This document shows positions 18,814-29,529 of a DNA stretch of 64,000 nt, piece after piece (within the stretch, counting starts at the first letter, position 1; each line of letters opens with the position of its first letter). The notes beneath the pieces were generated by a model. The model had not been told where the DNA came from, ran no database searches, and worked only from the letters and a program-made list of their open reading frames with translations. The DNA is from Pseudomonadota bacterium (lineage in GTDB: Bacteria; UBA10199; 2-02-FULL-44-16; JBDRGF01), in assembly GCA_043818055.1 (NCBI GenBank), contig JBDRGF010000060.1:516-64515 (forward strand), written 5' to 3'. Made by a program: the position numbers and the translations under genes.

Positions 18814-19185
18814 ATGGAAGAGGAAAAAGATCAGGAAGGCCGGCAATGTCCCCTATACGAGGACCATGTAAGAAGCTGTGTTGAATACATCAGATCTGTC
18901 AAGGAGATATCGACTTTAGGGTTTTGTGTTTCAGAGAAGCATGAGGAGTGTCCCTTCTACAGGTCGATTAAGAAAATAGGGTCTGTTTGTGAGATGGTTG
19001 AACGATGCCCCATATTCAAAGCTCTTTCGATTAAAGATTTTGAGCTGTTTAGAGAAACTACTAAAGAATATTGTCTCTCTCAAAACAATATAAGGTGTAA
19101 GAGATATATATTAAAGAAGGCAGGGAAAGATATCCCGCTAAACCTCATGCCCGATGGCAGTAAGCTGTCCGACGATGAAAAATAG
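18814..19185 (+). CDS. Cys-rich small protein (8 Cys), hypothetical
   Basis: ORF with an RBS GGAGG; cysteine spacing suggests metal binding. Confidence 0.4.
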   Translation: MEEEKDQEGRQCPLYEDHVRSCVEYIRSVKEISTLGFCVSEKHEECPFYRSIKKIGSVCEMVERCPIFKALSIKDFELFRETTKEYCLSQNNIRCKRYILKKAGKDIPLNLMPDGSKLSDDEK

Positions 19186-19202
19186 ATCTTTAAGATTATT
19201 CC

Positions 19203-20603
19203 TTAGAGGATTTGATATTTTTTGAGTCTATGCACGAGTGTGGAGCGTGGAAGATTCAAAACCCTCGCCGCCTCGCTGATATTGCCCGAAGCCTTGCGCA
19301 GGGCGCCGATCAAATTTACAGCCTCTTCACCCTTTATCGCATTTAACACATCTTTGTTTTCAAGAACCGATGAATCGACGGTTGAATTAACGACCCTTTT
19401 AGCCTCTTCAAGGTCGATCCCCAGATCGTTTGGCGCGAGCTCTCCATCCCCGAGCACTGCCGCCCTCTCTATTATATTCTGAAGCTCCCTAATATTTCCC
19501 GGCCAGTCGTATTCACAGAGGAGGCTCGTAGCCTCGTGAGACATCTTCAGGTTTTTTCCAAATTCGCGTGAGAATTTAGCAATGAAGTGATCGATGAGGT
19601 ATGGGATGTCTTCCCTCCTCTCACGCAGCGCGGGAAGGGTGATCGGAATTACATTTAATCTATAAAAGAGGTCCTGCCTGAATTTTCCATTAGCTACAAA
19701 TTGTTCAAGTGGCTGATGTGTTGCGGCTATGAGCCTTACGTTGACCTCTTTTGTATCAACGCCGCCAACCCTCTCGAAGCGCCTCTCCTGAATTGCCCTC
19801 AAAAGTTTTACCTGTACCTGATCGGGTAGGTCTCCAATCTCATCCAGAAAAAGAGTCCCTTCGTCGGCAAGCTCGAATCTGCCGGCCTTTGCATGAAGCG
19901 CCCCCGTGAATGACCCCTTCTCATGGCCGAAGAGCTCGCTCTCTAACACACCCGGAGAGAGTGCCGCGCAGTGTACGGCTACGAATGGTTTATCGCTCCT
20001 CGGGCTCGAGTCATGTATTGCCCGGGCTATCAGCTCCTTGCCCGTCCCTGTCTCGCCGCGGATCAGAACAGTTGAAGGTGTGGAAGCGACCTTTCTCACC
20101 TGTTCCATGACCGATGAAAGCCCTCCCTCAGCGCCTATGATCGTGAGAAAATTATGATTCGATTTAATCTCATCCTCGAGCACCTTTACCTTCGTCTCGG
20201 CCGCCTTGAGACGCTTTATCTTTTCTATGCGTTCTTTGTATATCTCAATCGCTCCATCGCAGATCTTTTTCAATGATTCCGGCTTCCACGGTTTTACGAC
20301 ATAGTCATAGACATGCCCGTCGTTTATGGCCTTCAGCAACGCCTCGTTATCTGTGAAGGCGGTGAGGATGATGCGCTGTGGGTGTGGATTGAGCTTCATC
20401 GCCTCTTTTAAAAATTCAATCCCTGTCATCTTAGGCATGCGCTGATCTGTGATGATGAGCGCAATTTCAGGCTCCCTCTTTATGATATCAAGGCCTTCAA
20501 AACCAGAGGGCGCAAGTCGCACATCATAATCGAATCTGAATACACGTTTGAACGTGTCGAGATTCGCCTGATCGTCATCTATGTAAAGGACTATTGGTTT
20601 CAT
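19203..20603 (-). CDS. sigma54-dependent response regulator (NtrC family)
   Basis: REC domain, AAA+ [22 protein letters not shown]-terminal HTH. Confidence 0.9.
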   Translation of the reverse strand: MKPIVLYIDDDQANLDTFKRVFRFDYDVRLAPSGFEGLDIIKREPEIALIITDQRMPKMTGIEFLKEAMKLNPHPQRIILTAFTDNEALLKAINDGHVYDYVVKPWKPESLKKICDGAIEIYKERIEKIKRLKAAETKVKVLEDEIKSNHNFLTIIGAEGGLSSVMEQVRKVASTPSTVLIRGETGTGKELIARAIHDSSPRSDKPFVAVHCAALSPGVLESELFGHEKGSFTGALHAKAGRFELADEGTLFLDEIGDLPDQVQVKLLRAIQERRFERVGGVDTKEVNVRLIAATHQPLEQFVANGKFRQDLFYRLNVIPITLPALRERREDIPYLIDHFIAKFSREFGKNLKMSHEATSLLCEYDWPGNIRELQNIIERAAVLGDGELAPNDLGIDLEEAKRVVNSTVDSSVLENKDVLNAIKGEEAVNLIGALRKASGNISEAARVLNLPRSTLVHRLKKYQIL

Positions 20604-20615
20604 AAATGCAGTGTT

Positions 20616-20696
20616 TAAGTGTAGAAGTGTTTGAGTATAGAAGTTACAATAAAAATAGGTTTTGTTAACTTAAACACTCAAACACTTCTACACTTA
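20616..20696. repeat. 21-bp perfect inverted repeat (TAAGTGTAGAAGTGTTTGAGT / ACTCAAACACTTCTACACTTA) with a 39-nt spacer, between the HK and RR genes
   Basis: Seen directly; the arms belong to the heptamer repeat family. Confidence 0.6.
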
Positions 20697-22388
20697 CGCA
20701 CTGGGTATCGCAAGCGATACCCTGAACGTTGTTCCCTCTCCTATCTTTGAACTCACGTCGATCTTTCCGCCGTGTTTGCTTACGATCTGATGGGATATAG
20801 ATAAGCCCAAGCCGATACCCTCTCCCTGATCCTTTGTCGTGAAGAATGGATCGAAGATCTTCGGCAATATATTCTCTGGGATGCCTCTTCCTGAATCCTT
20901 TATTTCAACACAAACATTTCCCTCTTCTGCAGAGGTCTTTATCCAGATGTCCCCTTCGCCATCGATCGCGTCGATCGAATTTTTTAGTATGTTCATCCAG
21001 ACCTGATTTATCTGGCCGGCATTTGCCGATATTTTGGGGAGGTTTCTGAACTCCTTGTGCACGCTGATCCTCTCGTTCGTCTCATGCTTTAAGAGATGAA
21101 TGGTGCTCTCGATCCCCTCGACAAGATCAACATCAGCAACGACATCGTCGGTCGAGTGGGCGAAGTGTCTAAGATCGGCAACGATCTCTTTGGTACGAAT
21201 TGCCCCCTCTTCTATATTTGAGATCATCGACTTGAGATCTGCAATCACCTCGTGCGAGGCCATCTCATCTTTGTATTTTGGGGCGTCGAATGGCACGATC
21301 GTCTCAAGATAGGCGGTATAATTTTTCAGAGGTTCGATGTTTGAATATATAAAAGTTGTCGGATTGTTTATCTCATGGGCAACGCCGGCGACGAGCTGAC
21401 CAAGGGATGCCATCTTCTCAGACTGCACGAGTTGCAACTGCGTCTTTTTCAGGTTGCCGAGGACGAGTCCGAAGAGAGAGGCTATGGGAAGCAGGATGGT
21501 GACAGGCGCTACGAGATTGAGCGGCATTTTCATCCTGAAGAGAAAAATCGCGATCATAACGGTGAGCGGCACCATGAAGGCGAGCAGCTGACCGATCAGC
21601 AGATATTTTGCGGTTATGTTTGCAAATGCCCTGTCGGCATTGTTCATCCTCCATCCGAGCATCAAGAGCCAGAAGAGGTAGGATAGAACTGCATATATCA
21701 CGGCTAAGATCTCAAATGTTGGCCAGCTGGTCGGATAGAAATAGAATGATACGCAGTAAGGGATGTAGATCATCGCGGATAGAAGATACGGGAGCGCGAC
21801 GATCCAGCGCTTCTTTTCAAATTGCCTCGGAAGGGTTGGATAGACAAGCGCAAAATGGGTCATGAATGCAGGGATGAGCGTGAAGACAGCCATGAATAAC
21901 CAACTCGCGGTGTAACGTGTATGCAGATCGAAGGAGCTTATCATGTAAAAGGAAATTCCCAGATAGAAGAGGGTGAAGGGCAACGCACCTTGCATGCCAC
22001 GGAAGAGAAAATAGATGACGCATCCGGATATTAAAAAGAGGATTCCGGTTGAAAAGCTCAGGAAAAAGGTCTTGAGGAAATCGCTTATTGTGAACGTCAT
22101 AGGTGCAATCGTTGCGAAGCGCACCTTGTCGCCGCTCGTTATGATATATCGATCCTCGCCGATTTTATTTATATGATCATGATAGGTCAAACCCGCATCG
22201 TAACCGGTCCAGTTGAACTGGTTGAACGCACCGACTATTTTGTTCTCAAAGGTGAGAAAGCCCGGAAAGGGCTCGCTGATCATCGACTTAGCGCTTCTGA
22301 AGAAATAGATAGAGAGCAATATAAGAAGGCAGGATATAATTAATACGGCTAACGAATTGATATTTTTCATCTTCATCAGTTTTATCAT
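20694..22388 (-). CDS. sensor histidine kinase with an N-terminal 7TM receptor region
   Basis: Multiple TM helices; H-box HEINNPTTFI; HATPase GIGLGLSISHQIV. Confidence 0.85.
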   Translation of the reverse strand: MIKLMKMKNINSLAVLIISCLLILLSIYFFRSAKSMISEPFPGFLTFENKIVGAFNQFNWTGYDAGLTYHDHINKIGEDRYIITSGDKVRFATIAPMTFTISDFLKTFFLSFSTGILFLISGCVIYFLFRGMQGALPFTLFYLGISFYMISSFDLHTRYTASWLFMAVFTLIPAFMTHFALVYPTLPRQFEKKRWIVALPYLLSAMIYIPYCVSFYFYPTSWPTFEILAVIYAVLSYLFWLLMLGWRMNNADRAFANITAKYLLIGQLLAFMVPLTVMIAIFLFRMKMPLNLVAPVTILLPIASLFGLVLGNLKKTQLQLVQSEKMASLGQLVAGVAHEINNPTTFIYSNIEPLKNYTAYLETIVPFDAPKYKDEMASHEVIADLKSMISNIEEGAIRTKEIVADLRHFAHSTDDVVADVDLVEGIESTIHLLKHETNERISVHKEFRNLPKISANAGQINQVWMNILKNSIDAIDGEGDIWIKTSAEEGNVCVEIKDSGRGIPENILPKIFDPFFTTKDQGEGIGLGLSISHQIVSKHGGKIDVSSKIGEGTTFRVSLAIPSA

Positions 22389-22412
22389 TATATAGATGCA
22401 ATTTCCAATTCA

Positions 22413-22460
22413 CAATACCCAATTAACAATTTCTATAAGGAAGGGGTTAATTGGGTATTG
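22413..22460. promoter_or_regulatory. 15-bp perfect inverted repeat CAATACCCAATTAAC-N18-GTTAATTGGGTATTG upstream of the HK-RR operon
   Basis: Seen directly; followed by direct repeats ATTGGATATTG. Confidence 0.45.
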
Positions 22461-22546
22461 GATATTGTAAATTGGATATTGATTATATCAGTAGCAGCAC
22501 CATATAAATTACACTCAAGGCTATATAGATGATTACTTTTTTCATC

Positions 22547-23344
22547 TCACTCCCCCTTCTTGGGCGCCGCGCAGCTTATGTTGTAATTGCTGTTATTAAA
22601 GGATTCTCCTGAGATTGTGCAGAATATGGTTTCCCCTCCCGATTTGAGATGGAGCGTTCCGGTGAATGACTCGGTTTGTTTTTGCGATGCGGTCGAGAGG
22701 CTTCCCTCGAACGTGATATCAAATACCATCGCAGCTCCCTTGCTACCGGAGAGGCTTAAAGCACCGGTGATCTTCTCCCATACAGTCATCTCAACAGAAT
22801 CGTTGCTGTTTATGTAAGTATTGCTCAACATGGAATCACACATCGCATCAAATCCCTTGAGAATCTTTGTCTGGGACTCCTGTTTGACAACGCCTGTCAT
22901 GATGATCTTTTCGGAACTATATGAGTTGAGAATTTTGTAATTCCCAAAATCAGCGGAGATTAAGCCGATGAGATTTGCGCTGTCCCCGTCTGTTTTTTTG
23001 AGATCCACATCTCCCGAAAGCATAACATCTCCATAGTAATATTTGTCTTTGAACGTCTCGTCGATGTTGAGTGTAGCGCTTCCCCCCTGACAGAGCTGGT
23101 TTATCAATTGAATTTGAGAGCCGACATCATTTTGCTTCGACATGGCATCGTTGAATTTGTTTTGAACTTCATTAAACACAGGAGAAAAATAATTTTTGAT
23201 CTGGCTTGTTGAAGAGAGAAGGATGGGAGCCCCATCTCCCTCTTCGACATCGGCGATGTTCGCATTCTCAGTTGATGGAGCCGAACCACATGCGTTCAAG
23301 GTTGCGAGGATGACAAATGCTATTGATAGATATGTTTTTTTCAT
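22547..23344 (-). CDS. lipoprotein, hypothetical
   Basis: Start moved to the internal ATG, giving MKKTYLSIAFVILATLNACGS (lipobox), with an RBS. Confidence 0.5.
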   Translation of the reverse strand: MKKTYLSIAFVILATLNACGSAPSTENANIADVEEGDGAPILLSSTSQIKNYFSPVFNEVQNKFNDAMSKQNDVGSQIQLINQLCQGGSATLNIDETFKDKYYYGDVMLSGDVDLKKTDGDSANLIGLISADFGNYKILNSYSSEKIIMTGVVKQESQTKILKGFDAMCDSMLSNTYINSNDSVEMTVWEKITGALSLSGSKGAAMVFDITFEGSLSTASQKQTESFTGTLHLKSGGETIFCTISGESFNNSNYNISCAAPKKGE

Positions 23345-23363
23345 AAGATTCTCCTTTTTGTTT

Positions 23364-23975
23364 TTATGGTTGATTGTTGTTTGCACCACAGGCGATGCCA
23401 TCTCTTGCAAGAATGTCTGACGTAATTTGAATGAATTCAAATGTGCAGCTAAAGCCGCTCGTTTCGAAACATTCCCCCTCGATCACAAAATGCTCCACAC
23501 CGTTTATATATTTTCTTCCTATTCTGGCTTCGCAGGATGTGACGGTATCGCCAAACCTGAACAGGTCGTAGTCCTTCACATTGGAATAGTCGTTGAACGG
23601 ATAAAAGGTCAGCTTATCATTATTGTCTTCATCAATCAGCCAGACGAGATTATTGTGCGCGCTATAATCACACTGGTTGATAACATCCTTCGAGCATTGA
23701 TTATAGACGACTTCATATGTTCCAATTGGGGAGTTCAGTTTTTTTGGAAAGTTGGTTTCGTCAACATCGCTATCACGAGAATCGCTCTCAACCGGTAGTG
23801 TTGCCGGCACAATTGATGGAGGCGGATCGTCTCTTTGTTGGAAAACAACATAATCATTATCAGGCGGATCTGTGAAGATACATTCACCATCCTTGTCACA
23901 TACATCACCACATCCACTTGCTATCAACAACAGCGCCACTCCGATTAACAGCTTTGTAACTCTTTTTACTCTCAT
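23364..23975 (-). CDS. lipoprotein, hypothetical, Asp/Cys-rich
   Basis: Start moved to MRVKRVTKLLIGVALLLIASGCG (lipobox); RBS AGGAGG. Confidence 0.5.
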   Translation of the reverse strand: MRVKRVTKLLIGVALLLIASGCGDVCDKDGECIFTDPPDNDYVVFQQRDDPPPSIVPATLPVESDSRDSDVDETNFPKKLNSPIGTYEVVYNQCSKDVINQCDYSAHNNLVWLIDEDNNDKLTFYPFNDYSNVKDYDLFRFGDTVTSCEARIGRKYINGVEHFVIEGECFETSGFSCTFEFIQITSDILARDGIACGANNNQP

Positions 23976-24245
23976 CCTCTCCTCCTTGGTTGTTGGTTTC
24001 ACCCCATGTAAAAGCAATGCCCGTGCCAATGAGGTCGAGAAATAATAATCAACAATATCAACAGGTTATGTTTTTAGCGATTTTTTAGGATCATGCAATT
24101 TAACGAAAATTAACCAAACATAGCCAATTCCAACCTCCGGGGTTGGAGGTGATCGGTTGATTGCAAAGGCGTGAATGGAAGGTTGTTTAGTAAGGAGTAA
24201 TTATGCCCTCTTGATGAGTCAATCCCAAACTTAGTTGATATTTTG

Positions 24246-25595
24246 AAAAGCGGTTCGGTTAACATTTTAAGCAGCCTCATCAGCAATTTTTCGATTCAGC
24301 TTCAATTCATTTTTCAAAGCCATTCTCAGTTCATGCAGATGTCGATATCCACTGATTCGATTTAACCTGGGTTCAACATCCAGTAACGTAGCAGCTAACC
24401 ATCTTTGTCTCTGTGATGAGTTCTGCCAATAATCAACTTTTCCACAGCGTTGTTCGATCATTGCATTGATCGATTCTATACAGTTGGTTGTCTTTAGGCT
24501 TCTTCCCAGCTTTGTAAAAAGACCTAAACGATGTAATGTTAATGTCTCCTCAAACCCTTCATCCAAACTTCTTACTGCTGATAAATTTCTTTTCTCTAAA
24601 TCGTTCCGGATTTTTAAAAGTGACGCCTTAGCCTCTGAGTAAGTTGGCCGTTCATAAGCTCTCTGTAATTGTCTCCTTACTAAGGGCTGTTCCTCTTTTG
24701 ACAAATAATCCACTACGTTCTCGCGCTTATGCCATTGACATCGCTGGATTAAACTCTTTCCTTTGAAAGCTCTTTTTATCCCGGAATTCAACCCTTTAGA
24801 CCCATCCACGATTACTAATATCCCTTCTTCAATCGACATCCCACGTTTCAATAACTCATTCAGAAAATCTATAGTAACATGATTGTTCTCCGTTGCTGTT
24901 TCTATAAACCCCAGTATAATTTTACACCCCTCTATTGTCAGTCCAACAGCTACTATCAAATCATTCTTTGAAAATGTTTTCCCGTCAATCCACATTGCCA
25001 CAAAATCATAACAGCTCAAATCCCGCTCCTGAAGCTCTCTGAGCTTCTCCTGGCTAACTTTTACAAATTGTCGTGATACACTCGAAGACGATAATCCAAA
25101 TGCTTCCGGTACTGCCATTGCTGCTGACTCATAATCCCGACACGATATACCTTTCAATATCCGATTCATTGCCATCTCTTCCATCGAATGGGCTCCATTA
25201 TGCAATCGACTGTAACTCTTGAGAACTGTTTCACTCTTCATCCTTTTATCCCGAACGCGTGGAACACCTATTCCTATTCGCTGTCCCCCCAAAACTACAG
25301 ACCCTGGGTTGGTCCCATACCGGACGTAATCCCCACGACTATATCGCTCTCCTGCCAGTTGTCGCACTTCCTCTTGCAATTCCTCTTGTACCTTCATTAA
25401 CCCTAATGGTATCAGCTGCTCGATTAGCTCCAGTCGACTATCAAGCTTTAGCCCTTCATATTCGTCTATTTTTATTACTCGCGCTTTTTTCCTGTACTTT
25501 TTTCTTATCCCTTGTACTCTTTTCATGGCGGTTCCTCCTTTATTTGTTGGTAATTTTGACCTCACATCTTAATTACCAAAGTTGGAACCGCTTTT
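24246..25595. mobile_element. IS256-family insertion sequence (about 1.35 kb)
   Basis: Mutator-type transposase; imperfect terminal inverted repeats sharing GAACCGCTTTT at both ends. Confidence 0.7.
24267..25526 (-). CDS. IS256-family transposase
   Basis: Conserved MWIDGK, CQWHKRENV and NCIESINA blocks; start at MKRVQG with an AAGGAGG RBS. Confidence 0.85.
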   Translation of the reverse strand: MKRVQGIRKKYRKKARVIKIDEYEGLKLDSRLELIEQLIPLGLMKVQEELQEEVRQLAGERYSRGDYVRYGTNPGSVVLGGQRIGIGVPRVRDKRMKSETVLKSYSRLHNGAHSMEEMAMNRILKGISCRDYESAAMAVPEAFGLSSSSVSRQFVKVSQEKLRELQERDLSCYDFVAMWIDGKTFSKNDLIVAVGLTIEGCKIILGFIETATENNHVTIDFLNELLKRGMSIEEGILVIVDGSKGLNSGIKRAFKGKSLIQRCQWHKRENVVDYLSKEEQPLVRRQLQRAYERPTYSEAKASLLKIRNDLEKRNLSAVRSLDEGFEETLTLHRLGLFTKLGRSLKTTNCIESINAMIEQRCGKVDYWQNSSQRQRWLAATLLDVEPRLNRISGYRHLHELRMALKNELKLNRKIADEAA

Positions 25596-25689
25596 TTTTA
25601 CCTAATTTTAACTAACTTTAGCACACGCTCGAATAACCAATACTTTTCAATCTATCCCGATTCCGCTGAATCGCCATTTTTTCGAATTA

Positions 25690-26535
25690 ATGAGGGATGA
25701 GGTTAATCACTGCGTAAGACCTGACGATCCTGATCCGTTTGTAGGAGCGATAAAGGGCTCGATTTGCTGGAGTCGTTCTATGGAAGAAATTTATTTTTCT
25801 TGGAATGGTCCACTCGATGGAGATGTCAGTTTAGCAAATCTTAACACTTTTCGAAAACCCTTCTTTGCCGGTTGGCAGTTTTGCATGCTTTTAGGGGCCT
25901 ATATAGTTTATAATCATGATTATTGTGAGGAGCGTCCTCTTGCAACTCCGTATGAAGCAGAGGGGAACGGCCTGATGGGCAGACGAAAAACGACAAGTCT
26001 CTATCAAAATTTATTAAATGATTTTGAGATATTCATTTTATCAAGCAGTAGCTGCATAGCCGCCCTCTCCCCCATATGGAATGCTACTCTAAATCCAAAT
26101 TCGATCGCGAAAATGTCCGCTATTAATTATATTAGCCGCAACCATAGCTTAGGAGTGCTCGATGAGGGAGATAAGGTTGAATTTGGCAAGCTCTCCCTTT
26201 ATAGATATGGCGAGATCGTTGGAAGGGTTGAGGGGCGCGACGGGAAGGCGATCGTTATCGTGGGAAAGTGTCAGGCCCAGGAAGGAACGCTTGTTCCTGT
26301 TACTGTGGAAACAAAGAGTGGTAGATTTCAAGGTGAGGAACTGCATCCTGGAGATGAATTTGAAGTCACTGAGCCGACAATATTTTCACAAAAGGCACAC
26401 GCTTATATGAAGAAAACCAACATTGCTATAGTAGAACCAATAAATCCCGAACTTCCTGAGGTCAACCAAGAAGAATTTGATCAAATTCGCAGTTTAACGG
26501 GTTGGGACGAAGATGAACCATGTAATTTAGGCTAA
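25690..26535 (+). CDS. hypothetical protein
   Basis: ORF only; it begins about 95 bp from the IS end. Confidence 0.35.
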   Translation: MRDEVNHCVRPDDPDPFVGAIKGSICWSRSMEEIYFSWNGPLDGDVSLANLNTFRKPFFAGWQFCMLLGAYIVYNHDYCEERPLATPYEAEGNGLMGRRKTTSLYQNLLNDFEIFILSSSSCIAALSPIWNATLNPNSIAKMSAINYISRNHSLGVLDEGDKVEFGKLSLYRYGEIVGRVEGRDGKAIVIVGKCQAQEGTLVPVTVETKSGRFQGEELHPGDEFEVTEPTIFSQKAHAYMKKTNIAIVEPINPELPEVNQEEFDQIRSLTGWDEDEPCNLG

Positions 26536-26595
26536 TTTCAATCCTCTACATTCATTCACTAATCACTACACACTATCCACTATCAACTGCTTTTT

Positions 26596-26610
26596 TGGCA
26601 CGCATCTTGC
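26596..26610 (+). promoter_or_regulatory. sigma54 promoter TGGCACgcatcTTGC
   Basis: Perfect -24/-12 elements, 26 bp upstream of the 26636 ORF. Confidence 0.55.
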
Positions 26611-26635
26611 TCTATAATGCCCTCGTGAGGGCAAA

Positions 26636-26884
26636 ATGAAAAAATCAAATACACTGGAATTCATAGAGATGTTATTGACGGAGGGCTGGGGGGAGCTCTC
26701 CTGTAGCAATCCGATCGTCCTGTCGTGTGGCGGTATCTATATTCCCCCAAGAAAGAAGTTCAATGCGAGATATTCGTATGATCTTCTGACTACCGCAAAT
26801 GGCTTAGAGCCTGTGAAGGTAGTCCCTGAAAAGCCGCTGAGAAACATGCTGAAAGTGGTTTTAGAGAAGGAATCGCTGAACTAG
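26636..26884 (+). CDS. small hypothetical protein (82 aa), sigma54-driven
   Basis: RBS GAGGG; no motif recognised. Confidence 0.4.
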   Translation: MKKSNTLEFIEMLLTEGWGELSCSNPIVLSCGGIYIPPRKKFNARYSYDLLTTANGLEPVKVVPEKPLRNMLKVVLEKESLN

Positions 26885-26921
26885 CGGCTTAAACTTGAAA
26901 TTTTGTCTCTCCTTAATACTG

Positions 26922-26985
26922 GCCCGCTGACAAGAAGTTGTTGGCGGGCCGATTTTTCAACACCCGGTGTTGAAAAATGGGGCCT
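26922..26985. terminator. tandem hairpins (GGCCCGC...GCGGGCC and TTTTTCAACACCCGGTGTTGAAAAA); convergent terminator
   Basis: Seen directly, between the 26636 ORF and mtnA. Confidence 0.55.
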
Positions 26986-28021
26986 TTGCGATTCCCCTTT
27001 CTGTTATTATTGCAGTTATGAGTTCGTGGGGTGTAACATCGAAAGCTGGATTGATGACCTTCACAGCATCCGGGGTTAGCCTCTCAGCTCCTATCGTCGT
27101 CACTTCATCGCTCGATCGCTCTTCGATGGGGATTTCATCGCCGCTTTTGATATTCATATCTACCGTTGACCATGGGGCCGCGACATAAAAGGGAATGTTA
27201 TGAAACTTCGCTAGGACCGCGACTCCATATGTTCCGATCTTGTTTGCCGTATCGCCGTTGGAGGCAATCCTGTCAGCGCCGACGATGCAGCCGTCGATCT
27301 TTCCCGCCTTCATGAGGCTTGCCGCCATGTTATCCGTGATGACTGTCACATCGACGCCATGCTTTTTTAATTCCCATGCGGTGAGCTTGGCACCCTGCAG
27401 CCTCGGACGGGTTTCGTCCGCATAAACCCTGATCTTTTTTCCCGCATCGTGAGCGGCATAGATCACTCCAAGCGCGGTTCCATAGCCCCCTGTAGCCAAC
27501 GCCCCGGCGTTGCAGTGCGTGAGGATGGCGCTTCCATCCTTGATCAGAGCCTGTCCGTATTTTCCCAATGTGTAATTTGCTTCGATATCCTCTTTGAGAA
27601 TGTCCGTTGCAGTTTTTATTAATAAGTTGGTGATCTCTTTGGTCACTTTTTCCCTGTTATTCTTGGCTACGCTCTTCATCCGCTCAATTGCCCAGAAAAG
27701 ATTGACGGCAGTCGGGCGGGTTTGAGCAAGAACGTCACAAATTTGACACAATCTATCATAATAGGTGTCAAAATTTCCGACAGCTACTTTTGAAATACCC
27801 AGAGCCACACCCATGGCGGCAGCGACTCCGATTGCCGGCGCGCCGCGTATTACCATATCCTTTATCGCCTGGGCCACATCCTGGTAATTGTCGTAGGTGA
27901 AATATACCTCTTTAGCGGGCAGTGCCCTCTGATCGAGCATAACTACCTTGTTATCCTCCCAGCTTATTGTCTTTATCAGCTGCATGCGCCTCCAATTTTG
28001 ATTATCCGACCTTTTTGTCAT
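26957..28021 (-). CDS. mtnA: S-methyl-5-thioribose-1-phosphate isomerase
   Basis: LDQRALP; eIF-2B-like fold motifs RGAPAIGVAAAMG. The start could instead be ATG 27985, which has a strong RBS. Confidence 0.8.
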   Translation of the reverse strand: MTKRSDNQNWRRMQLIKTISWEDNKVVMLDQRALPAKEVYFTYDNYQDVAQAIKDMVIRGAPAIGVAAAMGVALGISKVAVGNFDTYYDRLCQICDVLAQTRPTAVNLFWAIERMKSVAKNNREKVTKEITNLLIKTATDILKEDIEANYTLGKYGQALIKDGSAILTHCNAGALATGGYGTALGVIYAAHDAGKKIRVYADETRPRLQGAKLTAWELKKHGVDVTVITDNMAASLMKAGKIDGCIVGADRIASNGDTANKIGTYGVAVLAKFHNIPFYVAAPWSTVDMNIKSGDEIPIEERSSDEVTTIGAERLTPDAVKVINPAFDVTPHELITAIITERGIAKAPFFNTGC

Positions 28022-28033
28022 TTTTTATCGTTT

Positions 28034-29518
28034 CTATATGATTGATACAATTTTCATCCTGAATTTTTCGAGCTCCTCAGCGGAGGGTTTGGTTCTTAAT
28101 ACATCGACAAACTTTTGCAAGCAGGCTTTTTGTGCTTCCGGCCTTAGTGAAAAGATAATATCCAAAGTTGGGAAAAAGGGCTGCTTATGACAATTTTCTG
28201 ATATGGCTTCATCGGGCACATTGAGTCTTCTTTGCAATTTTTGAATGAGCTCACGATCGACATCTCCGATCAACTTAAAGGCGTCATCTATCTCTCTTGT
28301 GATTTCGTCGACATCATCCGTTTTACATCTGAGCGGTTCCCCCACAACGACATCGATCATAACAGCGCTTTGAATTTTTGAACTCCCTTTTGGGCACAAG
28401 GTTGCAGCATTTTTTATGAAGATGGGCATCACATTCGGTTTCGGATCGGCAGCCTTGATGATATGGGCACACCCCTTTTTTATATGTCGGTTAAAACTCT
28501 CAAGTCGCTTTTTAGATCCGACTGCATAATAGCCGGCGTCATTCCGTGAACCATCGAGATTACGATGCCGCCTTGCGCGAGTTCCCTGTGGAAAAATAGC
28601 TAAAGGCAGGTAGCTGTTTTTAAGGAGGTTCCCGGTTCGTTCGACGTCGAGCTTTGCATCTTCCACATTTCCACGTCTGTTGACGAAGATCATATCGAGT
28701 TTCTCGGCCAGCAAGCCGAGCCCGAGAATTCTATAATAGAGGGGGTTTTTCTTGAAGTGCTTTTTGGCCAAAAGAAATCTTGGGAGAAATTTATTTGTGT
28801 TTAAATTTGTGGAGATGATGAGCGGAAGTAGAATGAAATCAAAAAAACTTCCGTGATTGAGCAATAAAATTGTCGGTCGATCTTTGTTGAAGGATAAACG
28901 ATCTGAATTTTTCACATTGAGAGAGCTGGAGGTCAGGATGAGCATTCCAGTTGCCCAGATCAGAGAGAGTGCTGAAATAGAGTTTTGAAATTCTTCAGCG
29001 TTGAGATCCTTTCTTATCGATAGGGCAAGGCGCGTCAGCAGAAATGTGCAATAGGCGCCCATCATGGTTCTGAGAAATGTACTCATGCCCGATCTTGATT
29101 TAGCGAAGTTCCATTCGTTGGGCATAATCGTTCGAGCAAGATTTGCTGGAAGTTCAAATGAGAACGGGCTCAAAGATTTTAAATAGAGGTTAAAAAAATC
29201 GATCGGATGAATTCTGGGATTTGATGCAGCGAATTTTACAAGCTTAATCCGATCATCTTTTTTTATTTTAAGCGAGAGAAGAAAACTGCCGAGCATCAAA
29301 ACGGGGAGGATGATTTTATATGGAAAATAGATCATATAATAGAAGACGAAGAAAAACATCATCGGGTTGATGATATAATATCTTGGAAGTGAGATAAAAA
29401 ACTCCCAATATCCAAAAATCTGATTGATAGAAGGATTGATTTCAAACCTTTTTCTTCGAAAAAGAAAAAACAGAATTGTTAAGAATGGGACAAGATAAAA
29501 AGGAAGAAAAATCAACAC
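28034..29518 (-). CDS. membrane-bound PlsC-family acyltransferase with a C-terminal extension
   Basis: NHGSFFD (HxxxxD) acyltransferase motif; several TM helices. Confidence 0.55.
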   Translation of the reverse strand: MLIFLPFYLVPFLTILFFLFRRKRFEINPSINQIFGYWEFFISLPRYYIINPMMFFFVFYYMIYFPYKIILPVLMLGSFLLSLKIKKDDRIKLVKFAASNPRIHPIDFFNLYLKSLSPFSFELPANLARTIMPNEWNFAKSRSGMSTFLRTMMGAYCTFLLTRLALSIRKDLNAEEFQNSISALSLIWATGMLILTSSSLNVKNSDRLSFNKDRPTILLLNHGSFFDFILLPLIISTNLNTNKFLPRFLLAKKHFKKNPLYYRILGLGLLAEKLDMIFVNRRGNVEDAKLDVERTGNLLKNSYLPLAIFPQGTRARRHRNLDGSRNDAGYYAVGSKKRLESFNRHIKKGCAHIIKAADPKPNVMPIFIKNAATLCPKGSSKIQSAVMIDVVVGEPLRCKTDDVDEITREIDDAFKLIGDVDRELIQKLQRRLNVPDEAISENCHKQPFFPTLDIIFSLRPEAQKACLQKFVDVLRTKPSAEELEKFRMKIVSII

Positions 29519-29529
29519 GATTAATCCCC

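Noticed and set aside
26595-26618. Sigma70 promoter (TTGGCA ... TATAAT) upstream of the 82-aa ORF
   Set aside because: The -35 to -10 spacing is only 12 nt. The same bases fit the sigma54 consensus perfectly.
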